Part shown: positions 1-6,579 of the stretch, one piece after another
How positions within the stretch are numbered: the first letter of the stretch is position 1
Layout of the letters: every line of letters starts with the position of its first letter
Origin: an archaeon
GTDB taxonomy: Archaea > Nanobdellota > Nanobdellia > Woesearchaeales > GW2011-AR9
Length of the DNA stretch: 20,324 nt
Direction: 5' to 3'
NCBI GenBank assembly: GCA_030704845.1
Contig: JAUYKZ010000016.1
Location: forward strand, 1-20,324
Position numbers and translations under genes: made by a program
Notes under the pieces: generated by a model
What the model was told of the DNA's origin: nothing
The model's input: the letters and a program-made list of their open reading frames with translations, nothing else
Database searches by the model: none

Positions 1-2
1 CT

Positions 3-293
3 CGACTAATTAGCCAATCTCTAAATGATGATCAGAGAAGATTAGTCGAGCGCGTTTATGGGAAAGGAGATGACTTTGAGAAAGTCAGGGCAATGCTGAC
101 TGAAAGATCAGAGGTTAAGATCAGAGTTTTTGTTCTAAATCCAAATTATGTAAGATCTCATGCTTCTGCTGGAGCAATTGGGCGGGCGTCCTGGTTGTAC
201 TACGGTGGCTTCAACGCTGATGTTTACAACATCAATGATCATGACCGCCTTCGTGGGGTAGTCGATCAATCCGAGCGAGATTTAACTGAATAA
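3..293 (+). CDS. 3' end of a hypothetical protein (ORF open to the window edge)
   Basis: Frame 3 is open from nt 3 (RLISQSLNDDQRRLVERVYGKGDDFEKVRA then MLTERSEV...). The 66-aa track ORF is therefore probably the tail of a longer gene. Stop TAA at 291-293. No family recognised. Confidence 0.5.
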   Translation, partial: RLISQSLNDDQRRLVERVYGKGDDFEKVRAMLTERSEVKIRVFVLNPNYVRSHASAGAIGRASWLYYGGFNADVYNINDHDRLRGVVDQSERDLTE

Positions 294-323
294 TTTTTAA
301 AGTATCAATTCTTTTAACGAATA

Positions 324-1412
324 ATGATCACAGAACATTCAGCAACAATAGGCGGGGAACTTCCAAAGAAAGATGTAAATGCGAAGATGGAAGTATTTTA
401 TAATCCTGTCATGGTCTCTAACAGAAACATATCGATAGTTCTTCTTAATTCAATTCTTAATAAAAATCTGAAAATGACTCTGCCCTTAGCCGGTTCAGGC
501 ATTCGCGGATTACGTTTTTTAAAAGAATTAAAGAAAGGAAAAATTAAACAGTTAGATTTGAATGATCATAAAGACAATTTTGAAGATGTTTTCAAAAAAA
601 ATATGGCTTTAAGTGAGATTAAACCAACTAAGAAAGTCAACATCTATCAACAAGACGCGTCATTATTTCTTCTAAAACAAGATGGTTATGATTACATTGA
701 TCTTGATCCGTTTGGGACTCCTAATCCGTTCATTGCAGCTGCAGTGGCAAGGATATCTAGGGGAGGGATTATTGCAGTTACTGCAACCGATACTGCAGCT
801 TTAACTGGGACATATCCTAAGGTGACTAAACGGAAATATTGGGCAAGAAATTTAAGAAGTTATTTAATGCATGAAGTAGGATTAAGAATCCTTATCAGGA
901 AAATTCAGTTGCAAGGAATGCAGTTTGATAAAGCCTTTCAACCAATTCTAGCTTACCATAAAGATCATTATTTCAGAATTTATTTCCGTTCTGAGAAAGG
1001 TAAGGAGAAGTGTGACGAGATTATTAAACATCATAAATATCTGTTATTTAATGAGAACACTGGGGAATATAAAATCTCGGAGTATAACCAAGAAGATAAT
1101 TTTATTCATCTTGGCCCATTATGGGTTGGTGAATTAGCTGATCGAAAATTACTTCAGAAAATGGTTAGAATCAATCCGTTCTCCGAAGAAAAGAAATTTT
1201 TAGAATTACTTCTTGAAGAATCATCAAATAACAAAGTTGGTTTCTATGATTTACATGTGGTTGGTAAGAAAAATAATATCCGTCCGCCAAGAATGGAAGG
1301 ATTATTAAAAAAATTAAAAGGGGTACACACCCATTTTTCTCCGACAGGAATAAAAACTAAAGAATCTTTCCAGAAAGTATTACAGGTAATGAAAGATGAA
1401 GAAAGAGACTGA
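324..1412 (+). CDS. trm1: tRNA (guanine26-N2)-dimethyltransferase Trm1
   Basis: Typical Trm1 N-terminus ([17 protein letters not shown]) and the SAM-MTase motif [11 protein letters not shown]. Length of 362 aa fits archaeal Trm1. TATA-like ATTTTTAAAG at 293-302 lies about 27 nt upstream of the ATG. Confidence 0.93.
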   Translation: MITEHSATIGGELPKKDVNAKMEVFYNPVMVSNRNISIVLLNSILNKNLKMTLPLAGSGIRGLRFLKELKKGKIKQLDLNDHKDNFEDVFKKNMALSEIKPTKKVNIYQQDASLFLLKQDGYDYIDLDPFGTPNPFIAAAVARISRGGIIAVTATDTAALTGTYPKVTKRKYWARNLRSYLMHEVGLRILIRKIQLQGMQFDKAFQPILAYHKDHYFRIYFRSEKGKEKCDEIIKHHKYLLFNENTGEYKISEYNQEDNFIHLGPLWVGELADRKLLQKMVRINPFSEEKKFLELLLEESSNNKVGFYDLHVVGKKNNIRPPRMEGLLKKLKGVHTHFSPTGIKTKESFQKVLQVMKDEERD

Positions 1413-1779
1413 TTGGAAGAAGAAACTAACTAAAGAGCAATATCATATTCTAAGAGAGAAGGGAACGGAACAACCGTTTACAGGAAAATTGTTGCATAAT
1501 AAGGAAACTGGAGTTTATGTTTGTGGCGGATGTGGAGCGAAATTGTTTTCTTCCGAAACTAAATTTGATTCAGGTTGTGGGTGGCCGAGTTTTTATGACC
1601 TTGCTGAGAAAGAGAACGTTGAATTAAAGAAAGATCTCAGTTTAGGCATGGAACGAGTGGAAGTTATCTGTAAAAAATGTGGGGGTCATCTAGGTCATTT
1701 GTTTAACGACGGACCCAAGCCAACTGGACAAAGGTATTGCATTAATTCAGCAGCTTTAGGGTTTAAGAAAAAGAAATAG
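1396..1779 (+). CDS. msrB: peptide-methionine (R)-S-oxide reductase MsrB
   Basis: Two Zn-binding CxxC pairs ([19 protein letters not shown]), the GCGWPSF motif and the catalytic Cys in RYCINSAAL. Overlaps the trm1 stop by 17 nt, suggesting coupled translation. Confidence 0.95.
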   Translation: MKKETDWKKKLTKEQYHILREKGTEQPFTGKLLHNKETGVYVCGGCGAKLFSSETKFDSGCGWPSFYDLAEKENVELKKDLSLGMERVEVICKKCGGHLGHLFNDGPKPTGQRYCINSAALGFKKKK

Positions 1780-1791
1780 TTCGATTATACT

Positions 1792-1828
1792 AAAGTGCCA
1801 AAGCTTTCGAACTTATTTTTGGCACTTT
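1792..1828. terminator. perfect 11-bp stem-loop between convergent genes
   Basis: AAAGTGCCAAA (1792-1802) pairs with TTTGGCACTTT (1818-1828). The 15-nt loop contains TTCGAA. It starts 13 nt after the msrB stop. Confidence 0.6.
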
Positions 1829-1836
1829 ATATATAT

Positions 1837-1872
1837 AAAATGCGTTAATATATTCGAAATCTAACGCATTTT
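1837..1872. terminator. second perfect 11-bp stem-loop, overlapping the stop of the 84-aa minus-strand gene
   Basis: AAAATGCGTTA (1837-1847) pairs with TAACGCATTTT (1862-1872). The 14-nt loop again contains TTCGAA. Confidence 0.55.
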
Positions 1873-2115
1873 AGTATATTTCATTCCAGTCGATTGTTTA
1901 TGAATATCTAATCGTTTCTTGGTAATCATTCGGCGCAATTCTACTTTATGTGCAGCTGGAAGTTCGGATGATCCAATTTCTTTTTCTATGATATCTAACA
2001 AAGCTAATTGTTGTCTTAGAACTCTTTTTACTGGTATAAACCATAGAATTTTTCCTTCATCTACATGAGAAATCCTGAACCGGAAATTCTGAATTAATAT
2101 TTCTTCATCATTCAT
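1861..2115 (-). CDS. hypothetical small basic protein (84 aa), probably last gene of the Zn-ribbon/EF-1beta operon
   Basis: Intact ORF 45 nt downstream of EF-1beta on the same strand. No family recognised. Confidence 0.55.
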   Translation of the reverse strand: MNDEEILIQNFRFRISHVDEGKILWFIPVKRVLRQQLALLDIIEKEIGSSELPAAHKVELRRMITKKRLDIHKQSTGMKYTKMR

Positions 2116-2160
2116 AATTACTTAAGAAAAAATAATACTTAATAAGTCTTGTCCTTATTC

Positions 2161-2439
2161 TTAGCCAAGAGCTAAATCCATTTTAGCAATCTCTGCATTT
2201 TGAACGCCTTCGATGTCTGCCATTTTTCCAGCAATAACTTCAAAGTCAGCTCCTTCAAGTTCATACATTGCAAGAACTAAAACTGCTTTTAATCCAAATG
2301 CTATTGGATCTTCTCGACTTTGCATTTCACCGATAGATCCAGCTTCTTTCGCAATCGCTAAGGCTTTCTCCGCGATAGGTCCCAAATCAACCTCAACTGA
2401 TTCAGGCATCAATTTAAATGTAATTACTGCTTTTGCCAT
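2161..2439 (-). CDS. ef1b: translation elongation factor aEF-1 beta
   Basis: 92 aa. The N-terminus MAKAVITFKLMPESVEVDL and the C-terminus AFGLKAVLV...EGVQNAEI match the archaeal EF-1beta pattern (KVMPESPDVDL ... IAFGLKAL). Confidence 0.9.
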   Translation of the reverse strand: MAKAVITFKLMPESVEVDLGPIAEKALAIAKEAGSIGEMQSREDPIAFGLKAVLVLAMYELEGADFEVIAGKMADIEGVQNAEIAKMDLALG

Positions 2440-2451
2440 TGTAAATAAAAT

Positions 2452-2604
2452 TTAGTTAGGTCCGATGAATCCGCAACCAGGACAGGTATACTTAATTGCA
2501 TTTTTACGTGCATAGGAGCTTCTAACAATTTCATTTTTGCCACATTGAGGGCAAGCAAATATAACTGCTCCAGAATCGTTATCGATTTTCTTCTTAGTAG
2601 CCAT
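2452..2604 (-). CDS. Zn-ribbon protein (COG2888-type, the usual upstream partner of aEF-1beta); absent from the ORF track because it is under 60 aa
   Basis: My translation is MATKKKIDNDSGAVIFACPQCGKNEIVRSSYARKNAIKYTCPGCGFIGPN* (50 aa). It has two CPxCG knuckles and the characteristic C-terminal CPxCGFxGP. It ends 12 nt before the EF-1beta start. Confidence 0.8.
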   Translation of the reverse strand: MATKKKIDNDSGAVIFACPQCGKNEIVRSSYARKNAIKYTCPGCGFIGPN

Positions 2605-2670
2605 ACAAAATTTTCCTTCCATGGATTGCTGAGAAGAGGGTTTATTTATAAATCTTTTTGTAAAGAAAGC

Positions 2671-3756
2671 CTAGGGTTCGTTCTTTTCAACTAGGATGGT
2701 TCTTTCTGTTATTGTATAGCCTACGGGAAGAAATAATTCAGTTACATAAATATTGGTTTTTGTATGTTGGGAGATTTCTGAAGGAAGAATACTGGAGCCG
2801 GGTAGCAAGGCCATGTATGGTATAAGTTGATCAGCTAGATAATGATCTACGGCAGCTTTTGAACCAATTTCTTTCTGTAGATTTTCTGCGGCTTCCTTGC
2901 CGACATCTTCAGATTTTTTATTTTTTTCAATTAGTGCATCGCCAGCAAGAATTACCGGGTTATCGAAGTCAACAACATTATTTTGACTGAATATTGCCCA
3001 CAGAAGAATTTCTCCACCGACACTCTGGCTGGTGACGTATTCAGTTCTAATATTAATGGGAACTCCATGCGGAGAGAGAATATTCTTTGCTGATGATTCA
3101 ATTCTCATTGCTACCATTTTTTCTTCAAGTTCTCTGGAAAGATTGATTACTCCTCTAACCTGTTCAATTTCTCCTTGTTTTGTAAGATTAATCGCGGCAA
3201 CTTTGAACGGTAATTCATCTAGTAATGAAGAATTAGTTTCAAATCGGGGAGTAATTTCTAGATGAACTTCACCCCCACCTATTGGGAAATATCCTTGTTT
3301 GATAATTTTCAATTCGATTTTTTCAACGAAACGACGTAATTGTGGGAGAAGAACATTTTGTAAATAAGATACTGATGCTTGCCATTTTCCACAAGTTCCA
3401 CCTTTAACTTTAATCGTAATTTTTCCTGATGCGAAAAGACAAGGTAACGTAACCGCTTGTAATAACAATGAAATACTTCCAGCCGTACCAATATCACATT
3501 CATAAATTCCTCTTTTAATTTTTCCAGGTTTGAAATGAAGTTCAGTTGTCCCTAAAGAGATTTCATTAGTTTCTGCGTTCGACATCTTTTTTAGAAGATT
3601 AATCGCAGTAAGGTGTTGAGCTTTCAGCCCAGGATTAGGTCTGCCAGCCCTGATATTGGTTACTTGAAATTCTTTTCCGGTTAATGTGGAAAGAGCGAGA
3701 GCTGTTCTTACTAAAGCTCCTCCGCCTTCAAGATGTGAACCGTCTAAGATAATCAT
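2671..3756 (-). CDS. rtcA: RNA 3'-terminal phosphate cyclase RtcA
   Basis: N-terminus LDGSHLEGGGALVRTALALSTLTGKEFQVTNIRAGRPNPGLKAQHL and the His-containing motif VDHYLADQLIPYMAL. Length 361 aa. Confidence 0.93.
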   Translation of the reverse strand: MIILDGSHLEGGGALVRTALALSTLTGKEFQVTNIRAGRPNPGLKAQHLTAINLLKKMSNAETNEISLGTTELHFKPGKIKRGIYECDIGTAGSISLLLQAVTLPCLFASGKITIKVKGGTCGKWQASVSYLQNVLLPQLRRFVEKIELKIIKQGYFPIGGGEVHLEITPRFETNSSLLDELPFKVAAINLTKQGEIEQVRGVINLSRELEEKMVAMRIESSAKNILSPHGVPINIRTEYVTSQSVGGEILLWAIFSQNNVVDFDNPVILAGDALIEKNKKSEDVGKEAAENLQKEIGSKAAVDHYLADQLIPYMALLPGSSILPSEISQHTKTNIYVTELFLPVGYTITERTILVEKNEP

Positions 3757-3850
3757 GATGGTTCAGAAAGCTGATTGTTTTATTTAATTTACTGTACTAT
3801 TGATGATTATAAATTAAAATCTTAAGATAATTTGAGATATTCCTAGAAAC

Positions 3851-3860
3851 TTTAATAAAA
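3851..3860 (+). promoter_or_regulatory. TATA box for tRNA-Trp
   Basis: TTTAATAAAA is centred about 29 nt upstream of tRNA nt 1 and is preceded by purine-rich AGAAAC (BRE-like). Confidence 0.6.
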
Positions 3861-3883
3861 CACCTCTTGTTCTGAACGATTGT

Positions 3884-4006
3884 GGGGCTGTAGTATAACT
3901 TGGCAGAATAGGGGCCTCCAGTAATGGAAGGTTGAGCATAACAGCAATGACAATACCTTTTCCCTGTGGTAAGCCTTAGATCAGGGTTCAAATCCCTGCA
4001 GCCCCA
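3884..4006 (+). tRNA. tRNA-Trp(CCA) with a 50-nt intron at 37/38 (intron 3922-3971)
   Basis: Acceptor stem GGGGCTG/CAGCCCC with discriminator A. T-arm is CAGGG-TTCAAAT-CCCTG. The D-loop has A14, G18, G19 and A21. Anticodon stem is GGGGC/GCCTT (2 G.U pairs). The spliced anticodon loop is CUCCAGA. Mature length is 73 nt and no CCA is encoded. A T-tract CTTTTTC follows immediately. Weak point: the D-stem has an A.A mismatch. Confidence 0.8.
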
Positions 4007-4062
4007 CTTTTTCTAAACGTGTTCTCTAAACATATATAAACTCCAAGAAATTTATTATCGTC

Positions 4063-5226
4063 ATGAAAAAAGGGGTTTTTGCTAATCCAACAATCTTTGC
4101 TGCGACAACTCTTACTGGAACAATCATCGGGGCAGGGATTCTTGGTATTCCGTATACTTTAGCAAAAGCCGGATTTCTTTATGGTTTGCTGGTGATTATC
4201 GCTATCGGTCTAGCTTTTATTTTACTAAATCTTTTCATGGGAGAAGTCGTCCTTAGAACAAATAAATTACATCAATTAACTGGTTATGCAGAACTTTACT
4301 TAGGTAAATGGGGTAAAAGGATAATGTTCTTTGCGATGATTTTCAGTCTATATGGTGCACTTATTGCGTATGTTATCGGAGAAGGAGCAGTCTTACACAC
4401 TCTATTTGGAGTTGGCGCTCCGTGGATGTTTTCTTTATTGTTTTTTGCGGTGACATCTTTTATTGTTTATCGTGGAGTACATACTGCAAGTATCATGGAG
4501 TTAATCATGATTTCCTTGTTAGTAATTGTTGTAACCATTATCGGGGTATTCTCTTTGGATAAAATTACTTTACAAAATCTTCAAGGCTTTTCATTACGGA
4601 GTTTCTTTCTTCCATACGGAGTAGCTGTATTTGCTTATTCGGGACTTGTAGCAGTACCTGAAATGAGAGAAGTTCTTGGAAAAAATGTCAAAAAGATGAG
4701 GAAAGCTATAATCATTGGTTCAAGTATTCCTGTAATTATTTATGTTCTCTTCTCTCTAATTGTGGTGGGGGTAGTGGGAGCTAGCAATTTCGAATTATTA
4801 CAATCTAACGATAGAATTGCTACGGTGGCTTTAAGTCTTTATGCTCATCCAATTATGGGTGGATTAGCTAACATTCTTGCTTTTTTATCCATGTTTACTT
4901 CTTTTCTTACAATTGCCTTAGCCCTAGTTTGGATGTACCATTATGATTATGGGATTTCAAGAAGCTTATCTCTTGGATTAACTTTAATTCTGCCTTTAAT
5001 TGTTGGTTTGCTAAATATTGCTTCATTTATCCAAGTTTTAGGCGTAACTGGGGCAATTGCGGGCGGAATACAATCCGGTTTTGCCGTTTTAATGTTCTGG
5101 TTGGCCAAGAAAAAAGGAACCAGGAAACCAGAATATACCCTCGGGAATCATTATCTCCTGGGAGGAATTTTTATTCTCTTATTTTTGTTTGGAGTTTTCT
5201 TCGAAATATTTGGCGGAATGCTTTAA
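4063..5226 (+). CDS. amino acid permease (APC superfamily, Aa_trans / Trp-Tyr-permease-like)
   Basis: About 11 hydrophobic segments. N-terminal signature TGTIIGAGILGIPYTLAKAGF. TATA ATATATAAA at 4032-4040 lies 27 nt upstream of the ATG. Confidence 0.85.
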   Translation: MKKGVFANPTIFAATTLTGTIIGAGILGIPYTLAKAGFLYGLLVIIAIGLAFILLNLFMGEVVLRTNKLHQLTGYAELYLGKWGKRIMFFAMIFSLYGALIAYVIGEGAVLHTLFGVGAPWMFSLLFFAVTSFIVYRGVHTASIMELIMISLLVIVVTIIGVFSLDKITLQNLQGFSLRSFFLPYGVAVFAYSGLVAVPEMREVLGKNVKKMRKAIIIGSSIPVIIYVLFSLIVVGVVGASNFELLQSNDRIATVALSLYAHPIMGGLANILAFLSMFTSFLTIALALVWMYHYDYGISRSLSLGLTLILPLIVGLLNIASFIQVLGVTGAIAGGIQSGFAVLMFWLAKKKGTRKPEYTLGNHYLLGGIFILLFLFGVFFEIFGGML

Positions 5227-5257
5227 AACTACTACTTAGTAACAAATGCCCAAAAGC

Positions 5258-5274
5258 TTTATAAATAGGCACTA
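5258..5274 (+). promoter_or_regulatory. TATA box plus conserved downstream element (TTTATAAATAGGCACTA)
   Basis: Matches 16785-16801 at 16 of 17 positions. Lies about 55 nt upstream of ATG 5317. A GAGGT Shine-Dalgarno at 5304-5308 sits in the implied leader. Confidence 0.5.
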
Positions 5275-5316
5275 TTCTTAACACTTTAAGTAAAATTTAC
5301 TAAGAGGTAAATCAAA

Positions 5317-6495
5317 ATGAATACTATAAAATACATATTACAAGTTGTTCTAATGAATGCTCCTGCCCAAGCGCAGGAAGAAATGATTTTTGAACCAGTT
5401 GATGCTTTTGCTATTTCAAATACAGTTAAAGAAGCTAATGATGCTTTAAAAGCATTAAAAGCAGCTAATGCTGTTAGTAGAGAGAAAGCAAAAAAAGTTG
5501 TTCCAGTAGCTTCAGTTGTTTCAACTCCAGCAAAGAAACAAAAAATAAATCTTACGGCTGGCGAATCTAAAAGAGATAATTCTAATGATGTTCTAAGAGA
5601 CGATATAACTGGCGTTATTAACGATCTCCAATTTGCAAGAAATGGGGTTGTTGAACTTTATAGAAATGGTCAAATTCATCAACAAGCATATGATTCACTT
5701 TTAAAATCTGTAACCATAGCTCATGATGGACTTTCAAAATTATATTCAACAAGAGTTTTTGCAAGAGCAGTTGAATCTGAAAGATTTTCTATTGAAAAAT
5801 TATTTTATGAAGCAAGAATTGCTTGTATTGATTTAGCTTTTGCATTAACTGACAAGGCTAATGGAAAGCAAGTAAAAGATCTATCTTCAATTGAAGATGT
5901 ATGTGCTGAAAAAGTTGCTGTTTATGAAGCAGCAAAAGAAAAACTTTCTGAAAGAATGAGTTCTCAAAATGTCGCAGCTAATGCTTTCAATGAAAGAGAT
6001 ATTTTCTCAGGCGCAGTAGAAGCTGGGACTGATACCGATAACCAAGTTTATGTTGGATTTGTGGGTGGTTGGAATCTTGCAAAAGCAGGAATGGAAAAAC
6101 TTGAAATTCTTGTTGGCGGAAGGGTTTATACTAATGGAACTGGAGACAATTCTCATAAAACAGTTACTCAAGGAAATCCGGATGGGTCTTCAAGTAAACT
6201 TGAACGAGATGTTATCGCAACTAACATTGACTTAACTGGTGATTTAAGAGTGCGATATGTTCTAGGAAATGATAATGGTTTCCATTATGCTCCAGTAACT
6301 GGAGTACGTGGTCATGTTAACTTATCTAACGAAGAAATTAATGCAAAAAGTTCATTCACAACTCCTAACGGAGATGTAACTTTAATTCCTCTTAACCCTG
6401 AAGAAAATTCAACAGTTCAAACTGGCGCTGGATTTTTCCTAGGCGTTGATGGTTGTTACAGTAGAATTTGTGTAACCCCGGAATTCGAATTGTAA
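5317..6495 (+). CDS. secreted/surface protein: helical N-terminal half plus C-terminal OMP-like beta-barrel-type domain, ended by an in-frame TAA one strand early
   Basis: SD GAGGT lies 8 nt upstream. The N-terminus is weakly signal-like (MNTIKYILQVVLMNAPAQA/QE). Residues from about 243 onward show amphipathic beta-strand periodicity (VYVGFVGGWNL, LRVRYVLG, ICVTPEFEL). Reading through TAA 6493-6495 gives RGGKDIKAGAGLKYQF* (to 6546). Confidence 0.75.
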   Translation: MNTIKYILQVVLMNAPAQAQEEMIFEPVDAFAISNTVKEANDALKALKAANAVSREKAKKVVPVASVVSTPAKKQKINLTAGESKRDNSNDVLRDDITGVINDLQFARNGVVELYRNGQIHQQAYDSLLKSVTIAHDGLSKLYSTRVFARAVESERFSIEKLFYEARIACIDLAFALTDKANGKQVKDLSSIEDVCAEKVAVYEAAKEKLSERMSSQNVAANAFNERDIFSGAVEAGTDTDNQVYVGFVGGWNLAKAGMEKLEILVGGRVYTNGTGDNSHKTVTQGNPDGSSSKLERDVIATNIDLTGDLRVRYVLGNDNGFHYAPVTGVRGHVNLSNEEINAKSSFTTPNGDVTLIPLNPEENSTVQTGAGFFLGVDGCYSRICVTPEFEL

Positions 6496-6579
6496 AGGGG
6501 CGGCAAAGACATCAAAGCAGGTGCTGGTCTCAAATATCAATTTTGAGATTTTCAAACATTTACTTAAGGTAACAATACA

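Noticed and set aside
2213-3503. Track ORFs 2213-2455 (+), 3032-3265 (+) and 3309-3503 (-)
   Set aside because: Each lies entirely inside a confidently identified gene (EF-1beta or RtcA), antisense or in an alternative frame.
3922-3971. Possible box C/D guide RNA inside the tRNA-Trp intron, as in some Euryarchaeota
   Set aside because: There are only degenerate matches (AUGGAAG, UUGA, AUGACAA, CUGU). The C-like and D'-like strings are 2 nt apart instead of about 12. A 50-nt intron is too short for a double-guide sRNA.
3797-3991. 64-aa minus-strand ORF
   Set aside because: It overlaps the tRNA-Trp gene and its promoter. It has no start context and its sequence is implausible.
3884-4006. Alternative reading of this tRNA as class-II tRNA-Leu(GAG), using GGAAGG/CCTTTTCC as the anticodon stem with loop TTGAGCA
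   Set aside because: It leaves about 20 unexplained nt between the D-arm and the anticodon stem, and puts a pyrimidine at position 37. The Trp(CCA) fold gives a standard 73-nt cloverleaf with the archaeal Trp loop CUCCAGA and the GGGGCUG acceptor.
3884-5226. Functional link between tRNA-Trp and the adjacent Trp/Tyr-permease-like transporter (T-box-like or attenuation control)
   Set aside because: The tRNA is followed by its own T-tract, and the permease has its own TATA at leaderless spacing. T-box mechanisms are bacterial. The adjacency is most simply coincidence.
6493-6495. Genome-wide reassignment of TAA as a sense codon
   Set aside because: TAA terminates several well-defined genes here at the expected lengths, for example the partial ORF at 291-293, abcE1 at 18917-18919 and the Zn-ribbon gene. 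Any read-through would have to be local.
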